A stretch of DNA of 62,891 nt, counting the filler, from Rhabdomonas costata (taxonomy: Eukaryota): the NCBI GenBank assembly GCA_019059605.1. It is 36 parts of 36 records of this genome, joined end to end, with 100 filler letters (N's around TTAATTAATTAA, not from the genome) between each part and the next. Parts side by side here need not be neighbours in the genome. Positions count along the whole stretch, not along the records: positions 38,479 to 40,128 come from JAHMHO010011292.1; positions 40,229 to 41,877 come from JAHMHO010011293.1; positions 41,978 to 43,626 come from JAHMHO010011294.1; positions 43,727 to 45,375 come from JAHMHO010011295.1; positions 45,476 to 47,144 come from JAHMHO010011296.1; positions 47,245 to 48,892 come from JAHMHO010011297.1; positions 48,993 to 50,641 come from JAHMHO010011298.1; 29 more parts are not named here. One strand, 5' to 3'. Below the pieces are notes generated by a model. That model was not told the origin of the DNA. It did not search any database and saw nothing but the letters and a program-made list of their open reading frames with translations. Within the stretch, counting starts at the first letter, position 1. The number at the start of each line of letters is the position of its first letter. Positions 38,985 to 50,641 of this stretch are shown piece after piece. The translations under genes and the position numbers were made by a program.

Positions 38985-39700
38985 TCAGCTACTACTTACG
39001 GATGGAGCACTGCCGCACCCACAACAGAAGTGCACGGCGTCGGGATTCGCTTTCCACGCGGAGCCGTCGGCGTATATCTCGTTCTTCCAGATGGGCACTG
39101 AGTGCTGCGGAGCAGAAAACCCTCCATTTCGAACATCTTACTCCGATGTCTTCAAACCACACAAGTTCTCCGCACCAGTTTTGCACACGTAAAAATCAGG
39201 AGTTAGTAAGCGGCAATTTTATGTTCGAAGTCGTTTTTACGCCATGTGCATATAAATGTTGGTTCCTGGGCACCTACCTATGAAATTACCCAGGAAAGAT
39301 CTCAGGGTGCTCGAGCGACATACATAGTGATTTCGGCTGCTCTAAATAGATATTAATATTGGGTGATTTCGTGTCCTGCTTCAGCTTAGCCCTATTATGA
39401 ATCATTCTCATAAAGGTCATTTCTTGTCCGAGACAATTTTTTGAAGCAAACTGCGAGTTTTACGATGGGCAGCTTTAATGAAAAGAATTTAAAGCTCGGC
39501 TTCGTACGTTCCTTGGAAATCGACTGCTCAAAAAGGCATGTTCCCGATACAGGTAATCCAAAAAAAAAATCCCGGCAACGCGTAGCAGGTGAGGAAGAGA
39601 GAAGTGGGGTATGCCTTGATTTTGTCAATGCCGTAGGCGCTGGCCTGCAGGGCGTCAGCACGGTGTGCTGAGCTCACCACCACAATAACGCTGGCCTCAC
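38985..39700 (-). CDS. MOCS2: Molybdopterin synthase catalytic subunit (MOCS2B/MoaE), 3' exons
   Basis: Exon 39700-39615 (G)EASVIVVVSSAHRADALQASAYGIDKIK plus exon 39104-38985 HSVPIWKNEIYADGSAWKANPD...stop; matches the MoaE motifs GEASV..SSxHR and VPIWKKE. Confidence 0.92.
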
Positions 39701-41371
39701 CTTTCAACCCGTACCCATTAAAACGAACGGACACATTCCTTTGCAGGGCACTGAAACATTCGCGCCCGACCGCTCCGAGCACACCGATGCTCCCAAGCCG
39801 GGTATGATGACCTCGAAAATCAAAAGAAAGGACGAAAAATAACATCCTTCGTCACATCTTCTTTGACTTGGAACAGATATTGGGAAAGGACTTCCGCCGG
39901 TGCGCTCTCCGCTCTACGTGGTGGCAGGTGGGGAACAGACTATGGGTCCAATAAAATGGGCAGACGTTGGGCAGTTTCCCAGGCGCTCATGGCGGAAATA
40001 TACTGTGAGTAATTTTTTCGCCCCGTACTGCGTCATTTTTGCCTTACGCTCTAGTACGAATCCAAACCCTAACCCGAAACCTCACCATTGACGGAGGCAT
40101 TCGAACAGAAGGTCGGCGGTCAAACGTANNNNNNNNNNNNNNNNNNNNNNNNNNNNNNNNNNNNNNNNNNNNTTAATTAATTAANNNNNNNNNNNNNNNN
40201 NNNNNNNNNNNNNNNNNNNNNNNNNNNNGTTGTGTGGGGTTCACGTGTGGACGGTCGGGCTGCGTGCGCTGGGGCCTGCTCAGCGGTGGCGCACTTGTCT
40301 GCCGGTTCGGCCTGGGCAGGCCGTCGTTGCCAATAAGAGTATCATTTTCCACCCTGCTGCACCCAGCCGTTGAGAAGCCATACAGATCGTGGGTGAAGCC
40401 CCCGGTCGCTGTGCACTTTAGGATGGCTCACCCTGCTCCACGGCAATGCCATCAAGATTCGGCTGGATGACAGGTGGAAGGTGCCGTACGGGTGTGGGTT
40501 CCACCCCGGGAGGGCCTCGCCATCCGGTGCACCCGCGAAAGCATTTCGTGATATGGGTTGGTGGGGGGATATCAAGCCCCTCTAAAGAACACAAGAAAGG
40601 GCAACCCCTGGCGATCGAAAAAATGCTTATACTCGGTGGAAAAATAACGGACTTCTGAAATGCCCGTTTCGGGAATGTTTTCGGAACAGCATCAGTGCGC
40701 CGGCATGTGCGGTAAATACACACAATATCGGGACCAAGGCAGCGAGGTGAGTGAATCCTTCGCCCACGCCCCAGCAGGCTGGCGTGAAGGCAGTGCATCT
40801 CCAGAATTGTGCTGCCGCTTCTTTGTTGGGTGCCCTTCAAAGTCTTAGCATGGCTTTAACCTCCGCACAGCCAAATGTGGGTGTCCGAACGCTTGGCGCG
40901 AGCAGATACTGGTAACCATTATCCGCCTGGCGTAAAGCTTTGTTTTAGCGGTTCGCTCTCCATCTCAGGAGTATACCTGTACGCACGAGATGGTAGTCCC
41001 AAACCCGCCTTTCTTGCTCGAGTCTCAAATTCGGTGGACCCAGATTACAGATCAAGCACAACATATACATCCAAATAAACCGAAGGGGATCCAGCGGTCA
41101 CAACGATGTACTCGGAAGCGCTCCTGCGTTCTCTTCTCGGTAGCTGGTGCATTACTTATTGTTTTTGCGAGTGTTGCGTTTGTGGTTAGGGGCCTGTGAC
41201 TTACCCAACTGAAGTTGCCGAAAGTCTTAAAATACCAAAGTAAAGCTCTGCTTGCCACGTAACGTATACGCCGTCGCTCTGTTTTTTTATTTACTTTTTT
41301 TACTTCTCTATCAGTGTTACAGACACCCTATCGCACCTTTGCACCGGTCTTCCCAGTCCCAAAGCACAAGA

Positions 41372-41877
41372 ATGCGTCTGCTTGTCTGCACTGTGGTGGT
41401 TGTGGCCTTTTACGCGGTGACCGCGCAAACTGGTCCTCCCACCATCCTTCCCCTTGCCTCTCGTTCATCGCACTGATTCTCCCAACTGCGAAGATTTTTT
41501 GCGGTTTTCAGAACCTGTTCAGAACCTGCCGCAGCCTGTTGGAGAAGCAGGCAACCCTGTCACCACAGTAATCCCTTCGTTTCTTTCCGGTTAAGCGCAG
41601 CACAAACGGCAGAAGAAGGGCGTATACGTTACGTGCACGTTGGTTTCTTATCCGCCTGAGACGGCGAGGGCTCTCCCACCCCTTCAACCGCAGATTGCTT
41701 TGTGGTCTCCTTCAATGGGCTGGACTACAACCGGATAGCCACGGATTATCCCCACAACCGGCCGCTGTATGTCTCGTTGGAGGGAGCGTTTTTCCTCTAC
41801 TACAACACCAATCTCACCGTGGGCACTGGGGCGGACAAAAGGGGGTGGGCCTGCAACACGGATTTCACGGACACCTG
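41372..41877 (+). CDS. Secreted/surface protein, 5' exons
   Basis: MRLLVCTVVVVAFYAVTAQT(G|GT) looks like a signal peptide; the phase-1 exon from 41694 reads DCFVVSFNGLDYNRIATDYPHNRPLYVSLEGAFFLYYN.... Confidence 0.55.
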
Positions 41878-42489
41878 NNNNNNNNNNNNNNNNNNNNNNN
41901 NNNNNNNNNNNNNNNNNNNNNTTAATTAATTAANNNNNNNNNNNNNNNNNNNNNNNNNNNNNNNNNNNNNNNNNNNNTTTTTGGAACTAGAGTTTGTTTT
42001 GGCTAAAGTTTGCCAAAAAAAAAGGGAATGAAAATCTGAGATAATAAAATCTCCGAGAATGGGCCACCCTCAACAGTTTTGCATCGGGTTGGAGGCTTCG
42101 GTGGACCGCTGCGACTCTTCAGGCGGCTTTTTACCGCGATGCAAATGACAGACTGGAGTAAGCACGCTGCGGGCTGCATGTAGGCTTTTCTAGTTTCTAA
42201 TAATGTACGTCGTGTCCAGGCTGAAAAGATTGGGTTCTTTGTTAAAGATGCAACCCAGTCTTTTCTATAAGGGTGCGACGCGGAGGCGCCATCCGGTTCG
42301 AACTGGTTGAATTTTGTAAACCTTGTCCCGTACGGGGCGATGCTTGCCGCAAGTGAATTTTTGCATTTTCCCACTTTGGTTTGCATAGATGTACATAATT
42401 CTGCTGCAATACTGTATGTTTCGTCCTCTTCTGGCATCCCATGCCGTTTGCCCTGACGATGATGAGGTTGGGCTGAGTCTTTCCCAAAA

Positions 42490-43401
42490 ATGAGTTCCAA
42501 CTCGGGCCAGGCCCAGGGAAGTGAGGAGGCAGACCCTGCGCAGCGTGTGCTGACCCGATTCTGCGCCGAGGTGCCTCATGTGTTGCAGTGGGTTTGCGGG
42601 GAGTCCAACCCCAGCTCCGGTGCCGCAGGGCGGCGACGGAGGGTGGCCCCGCAAGACCTTCCTGATGTCCGCCGCGCGGTCCCTCCCGCAGACACCGTGA
42701 AAAGCTTTGCAGACCTATGCCTCAACCAATTGGCCGGTGCGGGGGTTTCTTCAGCCTCACCTTCCTTTTCTCGACCGGCCCCTAGTGACTGCAGTGCGTT
42801 GCCTGCTACTTCCGGTGGCCCATCTGACCTCTCCGCGGGACTCCATCCTCTTCTTCGGTTGTGCAGCAGACCTGCTAGCGGGCCGTCCTCACTCTCTGCA
42901 AAGCTTGCTGAATTGGCCCGTTCCCTACCCGAAGGTTTGCCACCAGTTGGAAGTTCTCACGTGGAGAGTGGTCCTCTCGTGGATTCAGCCCAGGCCCCCC
43001 AGCGCCACACCACTGAGGAGGATGTCAGAACCCCTGTAGCGATGCAACCGGAATTACCTTCCATTGCCGGACCCCCTGCCGAACCTTCTGCCCATCTTTC
43101 CGTCCACTCTGCCCTGTCCTACACTTACGCTGTGTATCCAGGCCTTCCCCCATCTGGCCTGTCCCAATGCACCGCTGTCGCCATGCCTGGCGGTGCTGGT
43201 GGCGGAACTGGAGCTTCTCCTGGGACTCTCTCTGTATTGATCTTTGGAGGATTGAGCAGCAGCCGTGGTTCCCTTCCCGAGCTGAACCGGCACATGTACC
43301 GGCACCGCCCGGGCGCTGGGGACCCTGGAAATGTGTGGGAGCGGGTGCTGCCTCGCGTTCCCCAGCTTGGCCGGTATGGGCACTCGGCGGTGTCTTATCA
43401 G
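42490..43401 (+). CDS. Kelch-repeat protein, long first exon
   Basis: Low-complexity N-terminus followed by VLIFGG...W...GRYGHSAVSYQ (kelch repeat); homology ends at CAG|GCATGG. Confidence 0.7.
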
Positions 43402-44994
43402 GCATGGAAGCCCCCTAACCCCTTTACCATCCTACATCTCTGTTTTTGAAGCAAGCGCTGTCGTGTCGCATGTCCTGATGTTGTACCAGCTAGTGCATCC
43501 CACCTGGCATTTTGTATTGTGCGTGTGCGGGTGCGTGCGCGCATGAGCCTGCGATGGGCTGGGATGCGTTTTTGTCGAATGTGAGTTGCACTCACATTTT
43601 GTGGTTGTAAAGTGGCGAACGGATCCNNNNNNNNNNNNNNNNNNNNNNNNNNNNNNNNNNNNNNNNNNNNTTAATTAATTAANNNNNNNNNNNNNNNNNN
43701 NNNNNNNNNNNNNNNNNNNNNNNNNNTGTGTTGGGTTCAGATGATGTTGGCATCATTAGCTTCAGTCCCGAGCCAGTGCACCACGCGTTCAACACACCCA
43801 CACCCCTCACACATGGAAACACTTCAGCGAGACCCATACCTGAGGACTCACTCAGTCTGCGTGACACAAGGCTCCGCAGGGACGTGCACCCCATGGCCCT
43901 CCATTGACTCAGCGAAAGCTTGTGCGCAACACCAGACTTCTTCATACATGAAAAGCTCTTACGCACGAAGGCAAGCTGTGAAGACAGCAGCCCGGCATCA
44001 GCGCAGCGCGGTATCAGGGCAGCGTGGTATCAGCTGCTGGACGCACACGCACACGCACTCCCCAAAACCCCAGGAGCAAGTACACCAGCCTGCACAACCG
44101 GCCGCTGCCGTGGAGGATCGACTCCGGGTCGATGCGTGTGGACCCCAAAGTCCCCGACGCTGAGGCGTTGATGGTGGACGGCATTGTTGCGGTAAACGCG
44201 AGCTCGTGCCCCCTTCCTCCCATACCCCTCACTCACTGTTTTAATTTATCTTCTTCTCTCCCTGTCGGCCGCAAAATCTCCGTGAACTGAAGATGAGGCC
44301 ACCTTCTTCTTCCCGTCCGTTTCAGAGTTAGGGGGTGTTTCTCCGTCTTAAAGGGCAAAGAACCAATTATTATTGGATGTTCGACCCGATCCATGGATGG
44401 ATGGGCTTGCTCTTCAAGCTCCAGGGTCCCAGTCGCCAACCGCCCGTTCGACTTCGCAAACCTGTTGTGGCACAAACAGGAGGCCATAGGTCGCCTTCAA
44501 GCCCATCGTCCGTTGATCCCAAAAATACTCTCTGTTCTCGTCGTCCTTCAAAGTTTCTGTGTTTCCTCCGGTCTCACTAGTCATTGGGGATGGCGCAACA
44601 TGTGCAAATATCTCTGTGATCAGGTAATATTCGCAAATTTATGACTTTTTTCTTCTCTTCATCAATCACCAACCGCGTCCCTCCATGGATGAAAATAAGC
44701 TTCACGCCCTCCCCCCAACAGACAATGTTGCGGCCACGTAGCTGGCATTTCCTGATCCCTGATCCCAAAATTGTCTACAATCGGGGGGGGGGGGGGTTGA
44801 AACCACCCGCAATCACCCAGACTTCTCCGTGTATCGATACAGAATCGAAATCGGTAAATCAGAAAAGTGATCACAGTATTTTGTCACAGGTTGGTGGTCT
44901 CTGTGGTTTGATTTCTGGCTGTGTGGCTGCTTCATGAAGGATGGAGACATGGGGAAGAGCCCCAGCATGTGCTATTCCCATCCCCTCTCTCCAG

Positions 44995-45131
44995 GCGTTG
45001 CAGGACGAGAAGAACACCCGGGAGCAGACAGACAAGCAGATCAACGCGGTGTTCTCCGCGCTGCGGGAGCTGCTCGCCACGGACCCCGCTGTGCCGAGCT
45101 CCCGGGACGGGGATAAGCGGCTCTCTCGCGG
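44995..45131 (+). CDS. Internal exon of an unknown, possibly coiled-coil protein
   Basis: Pyrimidine tract and CCAG acceptor, ALQDEKNTREQTDKQINAVFSALRELLATDPAVPSSRDGDKRLSR, GTACGC donor; high GC3. Confidence 0.55.
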
Positions 45132-45477
45132 GTACGCACTTCCACATTCACCAAGTTTACTTTGGAATGGGGGCATCGGCACCAAATAATGTTGAATCAG
45201 CTGAATTGCTTTCTTTTTCGCCACCTCCACCCGATTCCCCGTTAAGGCTGACTCATGGCTTTGCCTTTCCTGCATTCCGCCAACGCACCGCGGGTGTCGT
45301 GAACAGGTCGACGTCTTCCCGTGGCAGTGGCCCTGCTCGCTCGGGCAGCAGCAATGGGGCAGTTCCCCACACCCCNNNNNNNNNNNNNNNNNNNNNNNNN
45401 NNNNNNNNNNNNNNNNNNNTTAATTAATTAANNNNNNNNNNNNNNNNNNNNNNNNNNNNNNNNNNNNNNNNNNNNAC

Positions 45478-45914
45478 GAGGTCAGGAATAGCCCGTACCG
45501 CAAAGACAGAGCGAAGTGCTGGCACGGCGACGCCTGCAGATACCGGTGCTGCCCGTTTACCCATCCGAAAGAAAAGCCCCAAGGGCCGTTCCCGCGAGAA
45601 AACGCCCCAGCCCCCCAAGGAAGGAGTGTGGAGTCGCAGAGACCTAAGCCGCAATGGAGCAATGCAGGTAGCCACTGGAAAAGAGCAGCTGCGCAACAAA
45701 GGCTCGAGACCCATGGGGCAGAAGGGAGGTTACCAGATGTGGAACGTTCGGTGGTGAGCCGTTTTCGGTTCCCCACGGCACCGTTCGCTCCAACGGCACC
45801 TCTCGCGAGCACCCGTGGCCAACAGCGCGTGCGCCAGTCAGTCCCCAGTGGTCACCACCAACCAGTCAACCAGTCAACCAGGCAACAGCCAGCGCGCAAT
45901 GCGCCCAACACACA

Positions 45915-45945
<31 letters not shown>

Positions 45946-46074
45946 CACTCAAAGTGGTACCCGGGTTTTGAGATCCCGGTGAAGGATTTTCCGGGAGTGC
46001 AACTCCTGCAGAGCCAAGCAGAGCTGGACAAACCAACTCCGCACCTGTTGCTCCGGGAACAGCGGGTTCCCTAA
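45478..46074 (+). CDS. ORF fragment with CCCH zinc finger (C-x5-C-x4-C-x3-H)
   Basis: Frame open from the contig start: [20 protein letters not shown], then low-complexity sequence; true 3' end uncertain. Confidence 0.45.
45909..45948 (+). repeat. (CA)n microsatellite
   Basis: Near-perfect CA run. Confidence 0.9.
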
Positions 46075-46307
46075 AATCCCCAAAGATCAGCCGTTGATAT
46101 ATCACGCCCAACCTTCACACACACAAGCACACACACACACACGATGCTCTATAGATCACAAAGGGATCCGAGACCATCACAGCAACAACAGCCAATGATG
46201 GCCTTTCATCTTCACTGATGTTGCAGCAGGGTCGCCACAGGCTATTTTGCACCCCCCCCCCCCGTACTCTTTCAGTTAAGGGGGTGTGAGGTATAGAGCT
46301 GTAGTGG

Positions 46308-46308
<1 letters not shown>

Positions 46309-46350
<42 letters not shown>
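46309..46350 (+). repeat. (TG)n microsatellite
   Basis: Perfect TG run. Confidence 0.95.
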
Positions 46351-46351
<1 letters not shown>

Positions 46352-47301
46352 TGAGTAGCAAAGAATGAAGCCTCCGATAGCCCCCGGAGGAATGTGCTTC
46401 TCTGCCCATTGGTACATTGGTAACGATTCTGATTCGCAAACCGCCGAGTCGAGGGCAGGCAGCACTATCTGATCACATAGCATTTAGTGAAGGGTGGGGA
46501 GATGCGAACAAGAAAGGCAAGAACCGGGAAGTGAAGATTGCCTCTTGATGGCGCCATGCAGGTCCCCACCGTCGGCGTATTCCTAATCAAAACACCGAGC
46601 AAAAAAATGCACGCACAAATGAGCACAACATAAGTTTTTGATAAGTATTTGCAGGCAGTGGAAGGCAGATTAAAGCACCTGGAAATCGAGTCACGGCCAA
46701 TAAAAACGTTCGCTCCGTTAGGATTATGGCGTCATCAATTCAATCAGCAAAAAGGTGGAAAGAGAGAAAGGTATTTGAAATTCTTGAAATGCCGCAAAGA
46801 TCGAGCCGGGCCTCCTCAAAAAAATATAGGGTCGGGGTGGGCAGGACTGTTCAGCCAAAACACATCACAAATCAGCCCGATAAAAAGAAAACTCAAGAAG
46901 GAGGTGAGCGGCTCAAGCTTCTTACTGAGCGACTTCATTTCGAGGATTCGTGGGAAGAAAAAAGGCACACCAAAATAATATAAAGCATGTCGTCCACTTG
47001 AAAGGACTCAATGTACTTGGTAATGTTAGGGTGCTCCACGGCAGCCAAGATTTGGATCTGGGGAAACAGTGCAGCACAGGTATAGCTGGAGGGGTGCGGT
47101 TGACGGAAGCAGAGCGCTGCATTGCCATTTCAACACACCCCACCNNNNNNNNNNNNNNNNNNNNNNNNNNNNNNNNNNNNNNNNNNNNTTAATTAATTAA
47201 NNNNNNNNNNNNNNNNNNNNNNNNNNNNNNNNNNNNNNNNNNNNTGTTGGGTTTCATCTAGCACAACATCTGCTATCCACATGGCCCCTGCACCGCGGCA
47301 G

Positions 47302-48767
47302 GACCAAGAGCTGGCGACGAGCTGGCAGCGCGAGGCTCGATTCATGGAGCTAATCAGCAAGAACTGCCGGGGCCTGATGTTTAGCCTGCGAGAGAACATG
47401 CTGGGTTACCTCAGCGCGCAGTGCATCGCCCAGGTTCTGGCCAACAACACCAGCTACGCTATGCTGGGTTTGTTCCCGCCCACACCAACACCAAGTGGCA
47501 AAGAGATGTTGGGCTCGTTTTTTTTGGTGAGGATCAAACATATGTGAAAGGTCAGGAAACCCTAACCCCAAGAACCGGCCACGGTTCGTTTCGGGATTCC
47601 TGCTGTGTGTTCGAAAGACCCCACACACAGGGGGTGGGGGGTGCAAATGCACATTTTTGGCTTTTATGTTTTTCGAACCTCTGAGGACTTTGGTTCACTG
47701 AAGACTACAGGTTCGGGTTAGTCCTTGTGGAGAGCCTGTTCGTTGCTCTTTCCCTCTGCTGTACGTGAGGCATATGCCTGCCCCGCCCGCCTGCGCAGAT
47801 TTGAGTGGGAACCGGCTTCGCGATGCCGGGGCGCAGTGCATTGCTCAGCTGCTGAAGCATAATGATACCATAGTGCACCTCGCGCTGAAATCCAACGACA
47901 TTGGACACGTCGGAGGTGAGGCCCTGGCTCTGGCCCTGCAGACCAACAACACCCTAACTTCCTTGGATCTCTCAGGTCGCGCCCTCTCACAACCACCTCC
48001 CCGTCTCCTGCAACTGTATCCGCCTTTGTCTCGTTCCTTTCTTTCTTCACTGATTTCTGTACAATATGTCTCGTTTCCTTCTGTCTGGATTTGTTCCCTA
48101 TCTCGCTGCGCCTCCATCACCGCCCGCTGTGTGCTCGCACACGCTAATTCTCTGTGGAGCTTCCCAGATTTTGCCCCTGCATGCTACCTTTGTGCACGTT
48201 TTCGGGTTGACTTGATTGAATTCCCCTTTCAGCGAAGGCGTTGGCTCGTAGAGTATATGTCCCTGTGCTCGGCGCATGTTGGCACGTTTTTTCCGCAGGC
48301 ATCTCCGGGATCAACAGGAACCACTTGGGCACGAAAGGTGTGTTTCATGCCTTATCAAAAAGAGGAGGGACTCCTTCGACTCATGGGATATAGTTACTGG
48401 GGACCGCGAATCATGCTTTCTGCAGCTTTTGTGTGATTGCATGTGCGGGTGCACAGGGGCCTACGCACTGAGCTCCTGCCTGCAGGTCAACAACGTGCTG
48501 TGCATCCTGAACCTGGGCAGCAATGGGCTGGGCAAGGAGGGCATGGGTATGCCTGAGCGCTTTGAATGCCCCTTCTCTCACTGTTTTCCTGACGCTATCT
48601 GTGCACCTGAACCCTCGCAGCCAATTGAAGGCTGTGTGAAACATGGTCAATTTTTTCTCCCCTGTCTCCCCTGAATCCAGGACCTGTATTTTTCGCAGGA
48701 CTGCTTGCACAGGGCTTGGTCCACAATAGCACTATCACGGACCTGAACCTGAGCAGCAACAACCTAG
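47302..48767 (+). CDS. Ribonuclease-inhibitor-type leucine-rich repeat protein (NLRC3-like LRRs), 5 exons
   Basis: Exons 47302-47467, 47799-47975, 48299-48337, 48457-48546 and 48699-48767 with phase-1 GT-AG introns; LDLSGNRLRDAGAQCIAQLL..N.TIVHLALKSNDIG..GGEALA repeats. Confidence 0.92.
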
Positions 48768-50436
48768 GTGCGTGCTGTGATGTCTTCTCTGACCAAAGAC
48801 CAAAGAAAACCATCATGAGTCAAGTGCCATCATAATCGGGATCGGAACTTTTACAACCACCCTCGCCCACACACACCCATCCACACAACACANNNNNNNN
48901 NNNNNNNNNNNNNNNNNNNNNNNNNNNNNNNNNNNNTTAATTAATTAANNNNNNNNNNNNNNNNNNNNNNNNNNNNNNNNNNNNNNNNNNNNTGTGGGGG
49001 TGCTGTATTGTGGAAAGGGGGAAGGGAGGTGGTTGTATAGGTAACGCTGCCCTCTCCGAGTGTATATTTGTATGTTCCGTGCCACAGTGGTGTTGTGCCT
49101 GGTTGTTGGTTGTCCTCCGTGTGGTCTTTTTGGTGGGATTTCCCTCATTTCCTCATTGGGAGAGGTTTGTACAGCTTTTGTGGTCCAATTGCTGGTCTAT
49201 CCGCAGCACTTGGCATGAGTGTGGCAGCACCGGCTGGATGGCTGAGTTACTTCTTCGGCGAATGAGATTGCGCCTGGGTTTGTGAATATGTATGTGGGGT
49301 TGCTTTTTCTTCGACGCTTTTCTGTTGCATGTTCAGACTGCTGGTCTGTTGAGCTTCTCGTGATAATCTGCACGGATTTCTTTTAGAAGAAAGGACGGAG
49401 GGTTTTCTTGGAGATTTCCACGTCGTCACAACAGTATCTTGCCTGGTTTTACGTGTTGCTCTGAGGAAAGCGATAGCTCGTCTTTTGGTTCGAGAGGCAT
49501 ACTGGGTCTTTCGGAGCCTTTGTTTGTACTGATCACCGGAAATGAGTCATCGGTCTTCACTCCACCCTGGCGCCGTGGATGGTTTTGGTTGTAGAAAAAG
49601 TTGAACGGAGAACTCAGCTGCGAGTTTGGCATGGGGAATCCGCGATCCGTCCGATAATATTTATTTTTCCCCGCAGCTGTTTGTAAGATAGCGGTGCTCT
49701 GGTCTGGTCCCACCCCTTCCTTACAATGGGAAACCAAAAACCCAAATTGCATTCATGGTAACGGTTTTGTTTTGACGATGTTGTTGACGGTGTGTTGATG
49801 GTGTTGTTGACGGTGTCAGTACGTGACGCAGGCTGACGGAACTACTGTAATGTGGGGGTAGGTGATAGGGGTTCGGGATAGCACCACAATCCCTTATGCC
49901 GAATAAACAATTTTTCCGGACGAGTTGGACCGATTTAGTCTCGAATTCGGAGGATTTGTGCCATGGCGCCCCCGAGTGCAGTACGCGGCGCTCCCAAAAC
50001 CAATGGGTTTTTTTGGGGGGGGGTTGTCTCCGCGGGAACTGTAATGATGTGTATGTAGCTGCAAGGACTGACTATGAATAACCGTTACCGCCACGCTAAT
50101 GTTTTCTTATGCTCCAAAATAACGTCTTTGGATAGCGTCTCTGCTTCATCCGTGATTAATTATGGGTACCCATTTGCCCTTATACCGCTGCGCAGTGTCG
50201 AATACAAGCTCCCAGTTCTGCATCGTTGAATGTCTGGAGACTATCTTCTTATGGCGGCTCTGTTTGGATGTATGACTCTGTCACCGTCAGCTGAACTTCT
50301 GGATGGGCTCGGTGGATGGCCACGTCCTCCTGGGGCTAACGCTTCTGGTCTCTGTCGTGAGTGCAGCCGGAATTGTCTGAGTAATTGCATTACTTCCACC
50401 CCAGAGGTCAATCTGTCCTCGCCGCAAGCGAAGACA

Positions 50437-50641
50437 ATGAGCTCCACCAGAAGGCACGCTGCAGCCTTAACCAAAACTCGAAACGAAGGCTTCTTTTTAC
50501 CGATCTGGCTGAGGTACTACCGCCGGCACTTCAGCGACGAGGACATTTATGTGATTGACAACTGCAGTGACGATGGCTCCACAGAGGGCCTTCCTGTTCA
50601 CGTTCACCGGACTCCCAAGAGCAATTACTTCCACCATTACT
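50437..50641 (+). CDS. Glycosyltransferase family 2-like (Glyco_tranf_2_4 type) N-terminus
   Basis: MSSTRRHAAALTKTRNEGFFLPIWLRYYRRHFSDEDIYVIDNCSDDGST matches the 'NE..L..W..YY...IYVIDN.S.DGST' pattern; truncated by the contig end. Confidence 0.85.

Noticed and set aside
40002..40020. actgtgagtaattttttcg, weakly like a euglenid spliced leader
   Set aside because: Short, partial similarity, and not followed by the GT donor of an SL RNA gene.
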